Source: Acidobacteriota bacterium | GTDB lineage: Bacteria > Acidobacteriota > Thermoanaerobaculia > Thermoanaerobaculales > Sulfomarinibacteraceae | Length of the DNA stretch: 30,553 bases | NCBI GenBank assembly: GCA_030637805.1 | Contig: DAOWFV010000136.1 | Span: 1-30,553, forward strand | Direction of reading: 5' to 3' | Part shown: one piece after another, positions 26,042 through 30,553 of the stretch | Numbering within the stretch: the stretch's first letter is position 1 | Layout of the letters: each line of letters begins with the position of its first letter | The notes under the pieces: model-generated | What the model was told of the DNA's origin: nothing | Database searches by the model: none | What the model saw: the letters and a program-made list of their open reading frames with translations, nothing else | Made by a program: the position numbers and the translations under genes

Positions 26042-26347
26042 ATGCGCGCCTACATCATCTTCTCCGGGACCGGTCCGATCCTCGTTCTCACCACATACCC
26101 CGCGCTCACCGACAGACGATTGATCGAGAAACTCGCCCACAAGGGAATCGGGAAGTTCATCGCATACGAGGTTCCGACCCCGCGGGTGCATGAGATCTAT
26201 GGTGTGCCCTACGAGGTGATTGCCGCCGATCTCGAGATCGCTGAAGATCTCCGTGTCCTGGACTTCAACGGCCATCACATCTTCAGCTGCTTTTCGTTTG
26301 CCGAGCTCGGAGACCCGATCAAATGCGGCGACGGTCAGGCGGGTTGA
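26042..26347 (+). CDS. Conserved hypothetical small protein, 101 aa (paralog 2)
   Basis: Tandem paralog of 25699-25992; TACAAT at 26008-26013 suggests its own promoter. Confidence 0.85.
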   Translation: MRAYIIFSGTGPILVLTTYPALTDRRLIEKLAHKGIGKFIAYEVPTPRVHEIYGVPYEVIAADLEIAEDLRVLDFNGHHIFSCFSFAELGDPIKCGDGQAG

Positions 26348-26381
26348 ACACCTGCCCGGCAGATACTCGATTCCACCCGCT

Positions 26382-26554
26382 TCAGGTCTCAGGGATCAAG
26401 TCACAGGTCTCAGGCTTCAGGTCTCAGGCTTCAGGTCTCAGGCTTCAGGGTTCAGGTAGCAAAAAGATCCAGAAAAAACTTGACATCGCAGGAGCCCAAC
26501 CGACGATTCTGGTGCGACTTGCGATGTGCGACCTGCGACCTGAAACCTGCATCC
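26382..26554 (+). repeat. Family 2 element
   Basis: About ten TCAGGTC/TCAGGCT-type units at 26382-26457, core TTGACATCGCAGGAGCCCAACCGA, then inverted CTTGCGA/CCTGCGA/CCTGAAA units. Confidence 0.9.
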
Positions 26555-26606
26555 AGCATCCGGCTTCGCCCTTTGGGCTACGCCGTGACAAGTCCAGCAT
26601 CTCGAT

Positions 26607-27218
26607 TCAGCGTGAGACCATCGACCAAAAATCCAGGCCGCAGGCTGCGAACAGCTCCGGTAGGCGGTGGATAGGCAAGCCGACCACTGTGTGCGGCGAA
26701 CCCTTGACCGCAGAGACCAGCAAACCACCGAGCCCTTGGATCGCGTAGGCGCCGGCCTTGTCCATCGGCTCTCCCGTGGCCACGTACCAGCGGATCACCC
26801 GGTCGCTCAGCCTCACTATCTCGACGGTGGCGGTGTCGACGAGGTCGTGGCATCGTTCGTCCACCGCTGGAAGCTGGTGAGATCTGTGGGCAAAAGCCAC
26901 GGCGGTGTGCACTTGGTGCTCCCTCCCGGAGAGAGCGCGCAGCATCTCCTCAGCCTCGCCGTTGGAACCGGGTTTTCCGAGGATGGCGCCGTCCACCTCG
27001 ACCACGGTGTCCGCACCGAGTACCGGTAGGCTGGCGCGTCCGGCGACCTCGAGGGCCTTGTCCCTAGCGGCTCTTCGTGCGAACGCCGTCGGCGCCTCCC
27101 CGGGTTTGGGCACCTCCTCAACCTCTGCCGGACACACCCGGAAAGGCATGCCAATCAGCTCGAGGAGCTGTCGCCGCCGGGGCGAAGCACTGGCGAGGAT
27201 TAATCGTGCCTCGGTCAC
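26607..27218 (-). CDS. maf: Maf-family nucleoside triphosphate pyrophosphatase
   Basis: LILASASPRR, GADTVV, ILGKP, HQVHTAV, DKAGAYAIQG, VVGLP. Confidence 0.95.
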   Translation of the reverse strand: MTEARLILASASPRRRQLLELIGMPFRVCPAEVEEVPKPGEAPTAFARRAARDKALEVAGRASLPVLGADTVVEVDGAILGKPGSNGEAEEMLRALSGREHQVHTAVAFAHRSHQLPAVDERCHDLVDTATVEIVRLSDRVIRWYVATGEPMDKAGAYAIQGLGGLLVSAVKGSPHTVVGLPIHRLPELFAACGLDFWSMVSR

Positions 27219-27288
27219 CAGCTCGCTCGTTTAATCGGCGGCCGGTCGCAGGGATTCACGTCCGCCTGGTCGATAGCAGGTACCAGTT

Positions 27289-27819
27289 TCAGCGCTCCTC
27301 GCTCGCCTTCACGATCACCACCGATTCCCGGCGGTCGAGGATCTCAACCAGCGTGCCTTCAGGGATCGGATGGTCCTCCTCGGAGCGCGCGGCCAGCTTG
27401 AGCTGTGCGCCCTCGACCGAGACCTCGACCTGGCCGTAGCCGTTGGCCGGGATCTCGCGAATCACCCGGACCTTCTGTAGGTCGTTGGCGAGCTGCTCGC
27501 TCGGATCGCAGACACGGCTCAGCCAGAATCTCAAGACGAAAATCCCCACAACGCCGGCGACGGCGCCGACCGCTATCTCATGGATCGGCGCAAAGGAGGT
27601 GAGACCGTGAACCAACAGGCTCGCCAGCCCGAAGAGGGTCAAGAACGACGCCAGCAGGTCAGCGGCGGGGAAACGGAGGCCGTGGAGGTGCTCGTGGGAC
27701 GGGAGAACGACGTGGTCGCAAAGCTCGCATGGGTGGAGAAGGCGTCGGGCGAAACCAGTCACCATGGCCAACGTGAATCCACCGAGAAAGATGATGAGGT
27801 AGCCGAAACCCCAGGTCAC
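27289..27819 (-). CDS. NfeD-like membrane protein with C-terminal OB-fold
   Basis: Three hydrophobic helices then VIREIPANGYGQVEV...AARS...IPEGTLVEILDRRESVVIV; TATAAT 6 nt before GTG 27819. Confidence 0.75.
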   Translation of the reverse strand: MTWGFGYLIIFLGGFTLAMVTGFARRLLHPCELCDHVVLPSHEHLHGLRFPAADLLASFLTLFGLASLLVHGLTSFAPIHEIAVGAVAGVVGIFVLRFWLSRVCDPSEQLANDLQKVRVIREIPANGYGQVEVSVEGAQLKLAARSEEDHPIPEGTLVEILDRRESVVIVKASEER

Positions 27820-27858
27820 GGGAGGATTATAGCTCGGCACGGCGGAGGAAGGAGCTCA

Positions 27859-27976
27859 GAATTAGGAATTAGGAATTCGGAATTCGGAATTACCGGCGCG
27901 GGGAGGCGGCCGGGCTGGTTTGGGGCCGGGTGCCCGTAACTCAAAACTCAAAACTAAAAACTCAAAACTGAGAACT
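27859..27976 (+). repeat. Family 3 element, short form
   Basis: AATTAGG x2 and AATTCGG x2, then CGGCGCGGGGAGGCG (identical to 8289), a short core, GGGTGCCCG and an AACTCAA array at 27938-27976. Confidence 0.88.
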
Positions 27977-27986
27977 GGGCCTGACT

Positions 27987-28943
27987 CTACCCGGTCCACT
28001 TCGGCGTTGCGATCAGGTCTGAGCCTTCCGGCAGATATTGTCTGATGTCCTCCGGCGGGGGGCAGATGACACGCAGAGGATCACCGCTCGCTGGGTGGGG
28101 GAGGGCGAGGGAGGCGGCGTGCAGGAGGGGCCGCCCCGCATCCCCGGGACGCCTTGATCCGTAGAGCCGGTCTCCGAGGACCGGGTGACCGATGGAGGCA
28201 AGGTGGATCCTCACCTGATGGGTTCGCCCGGTGATCAATCGGCAGAAGACGACGGTCAGATTCTCCTCGAGCCTGGCCGACACCCGCACCTCGGTGCGCG
28301 CCGGTTTGCCGCCGGGCGCGGTGTGGAAGCGCCATGTATGGCCATAATCTCGGGCGATCGGAAGATCGATTTCGGTGGCATCGAACGAAGGCCGTCCTTC
28401 AACCACCGCGAGGTAGAGACGTTCGACCCGGCCATCGGTCCAGGCGCGGCTCAGAGCGGGCAGGGTGTTGGCACGGCGAGCAAAGAGCACCGCCCCACTG
28501 GTCATTCTGTCGAGGCGGTGGACCATGCGGAGAAAGGGCCTTCGTCCTTCGCTCAGCGCCAGGGCGAGCAGCACCTGCTGGTCGAATGACGACTCCTCCC
28601 TCGGGCCGCGGTCGGTCGGCTGCGAGAGGACTCCGGCGGGTTTGGCCGCTACCAAAAGCCAGCGATCATCGTGGAGAATCGTCGGGGTCTCCAAGGCGGG
28701 CTCTCGCAGGCATCCCAGCTCCTCGCGGGACCGCAACACGTCGATAATGTCGCCGGTTTCCAGGATTCGGGACTGGACCCGCAGCGCCTCAGCATTGCGC
28801 CGCACGAGACCGTCCGCAACCAGGCGGCGCGCCCCCCGCCGGCTGAGCTCCGTGGTCCCGGCGAGGAAGAGGTCGAGGCGTTCGCCCTCCCACCGTGGGG
28901 TCACCAGGAGGCGCGTGATGCCGGGGTTCGCAGTCTCGCTCAC
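27987..28943 (-). CDS. RluA-family pseudouridine synthase with S4 domain (RluD-like)
   Basis: GERLDLFLA...LSRR S4 domain; KPAGVLS, HRLDRMTSG (catalytic Asp), TGRTHQVRIH, HPVLGD, LLHA; GTG start overlaps the upstream stop (GTGA). Confidence 0.93.
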   Translation of the reverse strand: MSETANPGITRLLVTPRWEGERLDLFLAGTTELSRRGARRLVADGLVRRNAEALRVQSRILETGDIIDVLRSREELGCLREPALETPTILHDDRWLLVAAKPAGVLSQPTDRGPREESSFDQQVLLALALSEGRRPFLRMVHRLDRMTSGAVLFARRANTLPALSRAWTDGRVERLYLAVVEGRPSFDATEIDLPIARDYGHTWRFHTAPGGKPARTEVRVSARLEENLTVVFCRLITGRTHQVRIHLASIGHPVLGDRLYGSRRPGDAGRPLLHAASLALPHPASGDPLRVICPPPEDIRQYLPEGSDLIATPKWTG

Positions 28944-30412
28944 ATCTCGGGCTTGACGACGCGGGTGGCGGGCAGTGCCCGAGTACGCGCCCAGGAGCGG
29001 ATTGTCTTCAACTGCACCTCCATGGTGCGCGACAGGGGGATGATCTTCCCGAACGCGGCCAGAAGGTCGTTCTGCGAGACCTCGATGCCGCGGGCGTGGG
29101 CGGTGATCCGAGCCGATGCGACCGCCTGCTCGATCTCGGCCCCGTTCCAGGTACGGGTGGCGGAGGCGAGGAGAATAAGGTCGTAATTTGCCGGATCGAG
29201 GTCGTTGCGCTGGAGATGGATGCTCATGATCTCCTTGCGCTCCTCTTCGTTCGGCAGATCGACGAAGAAGACCTGGTCGAATCGTCCCTTGCGCAGGATC
29301 TCCGCGGGCAGGAGGTTGATCCGGTTGGCGGTCGCGGCTACGAAGACGTCGGCGCGGTGCTCCTGCATCCACGTGAGAAAGGTGGAGAAGATTCGCGTGT
29401 TGGAACCCGTCTCTCCTTCGTGGTAGCCGGCGATACCCATCTCGATCTCGTCGATCCACAGCACTGCGGGCGCTACCGACTCCACCGCCTCGAGGGCGCG
29501 ATGGAAGATCCATTCCGCCGAGCCCTGGACGCCGGCGAAGACGAGGTTCATGTCGAGGCGGAAGAGCGGCAAGCGCCACTGGCGGGCGATAACCTTCACA
29601 GCAAGGCTCTTACCGCAGCCGGAGATGCCCATCATCAGCACGCCTCGCGGTCTGGGAAGGCCCTGCTTTCGCGCCTCGGGCAGGAAGAGGCTGCTACGTT
29701 CCGCCACCCACTCCTTGAGCTGGTCGAGGCCCCCGAGACCGCTGAGAGACTCGTCCGGCGGCACGAACTCGAGGATTCCCTCTTTGCGGGTGATCTGCTC
29801 CTTCTCGTCGAGCACCTCGCGGAAGAAGTCCTCGTCGAGCGCAGTGTGGCGGTCGAAGAGGCGGCGTATCAGATGCTCCGCCTCGGTAAGGGACATTCCC
29901 TTGAGGGATCCGACGAGACGTTCGACATCGGCGTCCTTCTCGCGGCGCCCCTGGAGAAGGGACGCGACGAGAGCGCTCAGCTCGCCGTCATCGGGGAAGA
30001 GAGAAATCACGACGTAGCTCAGAGGTTTTATCGAGTCAGGGAGGAGCGCGTCTTGCTGGAGCAGAAATAGAAAGCGCCCGCTGTTGCGGATCTTCATCGC
30101 GGTGTCGCGCAGTCTGCGCAGCAATCGGCGGTCGTCAAGCTGGTTCCCGAGGTCTTTGAAGAGGTACAGACCCCTGGGCGCATCGGCGGCAATCCACGCC
30201 AGGGCCTCCATCGGGTCCCGGTGGAGGTCGGATCCGTTGTCGAGAAAGCCGTCGACGCAGTTCCACACCACCACCGGAAGTTCATCCGGTTTGGCGGCGG
30301 CGGCGAAGCGCTGAAGCAGGTTTTCCTGGCGCTCCTCCTCGGGGCTCACAAGCACGGTGATCGGGTAGGCCGAGGCGAGGGCTGTTCGGATCTGATCGAG
30401 GGTGCTGCGCAT
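28940..30412 (-). CDS. Ycf46-like AAA ATPase
   Basis: N-domain GLYLFKDL; GGLDQLKEW, PRGVLMMGISGCGKS, LWIDEIE, ATANR, LRKGRFDQVFFVDLP; C-terminal IRSWA. Confidence 0.9.
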   Translation of the reverse strand: MRSTLDQIRTALASAYPITVLVSPEEERQENLLQRFAAAAKPDELPVVVWNCVDGFLDNGSDLHRDPMEALAWIAADAPRGLYLFKDLGNQLDDRRLLRRLRDTAMKIRNSGRFLFLLQQDALLPDSIKPLSYVVISLFPDDGELSALVASLLQGRREKDADVERLVGSLKGMSLTEAEHLIRRLFDRHTALDEDFFREVLDEKEQITRKEGILEFVPPDESLSGLGGLDQLKEWVAERSSLFLPEARKQGLPRPRGVLMMGISGCGKSLAVKVIARQWRLPLFRLDMNLVFAGVQGSAEWIFHRALEAVESVAPAVLWIDEIEMGIAGYHEGETGSNTRIFSTFLTWMQEHRADVFVAATANRINLLPAEILRKGRFDQVFFVDLPNEEERKEIMSIHLQRNDLDPANYDLILLASATRTWNGAEIEQAVASARITAHARGIEVSQNDLLAAFGKIIPLSRTMEVQLKTIRSWARTRALPATRVVKPEM

Positions 30413-30427
30413 TGCAGGTCTATTGTA

Positions 30428-30465
30428 CCCGCAACAGCCGGAACAGGGGTTCCGGCTGTTGCGGG
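30428..30465. other. Perfect 17-bp inverted repeat (terminator of an upstream gene, or operator)
   Basis: CCCGCAACAGCCGGAAC-AGGG-GTTCCGGCTGTTGCGGG, directly adjacent to minus-strand TACAAT (30422-30427). Confidence 0.75.
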
Positions 30466-30480
30466 GGCTGTCACCCTACG

Positions 30481-30553
30481 CGATACTCGATACTGGATTC
30501 TCGATAATCGATCCGGCCACCGACCTGATTCTCGATACTGGATACTCGATTCC
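30481..30553. repeat. Heptamer array of a fourth sequence type (GATACTC/GATACTG/GATTCTC), truncated by the window edge
   Basis: CGATACTCGATACTGGATTCTCGATA ... GATTCTCGATACTGGATACTCGATTCC. The final 13 nt GATACTCGATTCC also occur at 26362-26374. Confidence 0.8.

Noticed and set aside
26480-26515. Family 2 core as a portable sigma70 promoter
   Set aside because: TTGACA/TTGATA is present in all three copies, but no TANNNT follows at 16-18 nt spacing in any of them.
6717-26554. Tandem repeat arrays as CRISPR arrays
   Set aside because: Units are 7 bp and contiguous, with no unique spacers and no cas genes.
26323-26748. ORFs crossing repeat elements (26323-26748, 26438-26728, 7992-8375, 8496-8861, 8314-9312, 3163-3432, 17030-17230)
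   Set aside because: Most are largely translations of heptamer arrays (QVSGLRS, NSKLRTQ, NSQF); the rest are element cores or antisense to real genes. None has a recognisable domain.
1-30553. High frequency of CTCGAG as a dispersed palindrome
   Set aside because: Explained by Leu-Glu (CTC GAG) codon pairs, which read the same on both strands in GC-rich genes.

Overview
GC-rich bacterial chromosomal window; the lineage cannot be fixed from sequence alone, and Acidobacteriota-like is only an impression. It holds about 28 credible protein-coding genes and one tRNA-Gly(CCC), with no transposase, phage gene, rRNA or CRISPR array. Gene content: the C-terminus of a multiheme cytochrome c; a coupled DUF3592 / arrestin-like / P-loop NTPase operon; an ArsR/SmtB regulator; an archaeal-type HMG-CoA synthase-thiolase-DUF35 operon; Xaa-Pro aminopeptidase; two orphan histidine kinases; a lipoprotein; trmB; a dCMP deaminase; an ABC exporter; an AI-2E transporter; bactofilin; a pilin/pseudopilin with a sigma54-type promoter; a classical thiolase; an M20 peptidase; a LysM-like amidase; two tandem small paralogs; Maf; a NfeD-like protein; an RluA-family synthase; and a Ycf46-like AAA ATPase. 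The most striking unexplained structure is non-coding. Twelve intergenic spacers carry short tandem arrays with a period of 7 bp but differing unit sequences. They form the arms of at least three dispersed 90-320 bp element families, two of which have conserved cores and one of which has conserved hairpins. Six genes also look leaderless (TANNNT 6-9 nt before the start codon, no clear Shine-Dalgarno). All family assignments come from motif recognition by eye, not database searches.
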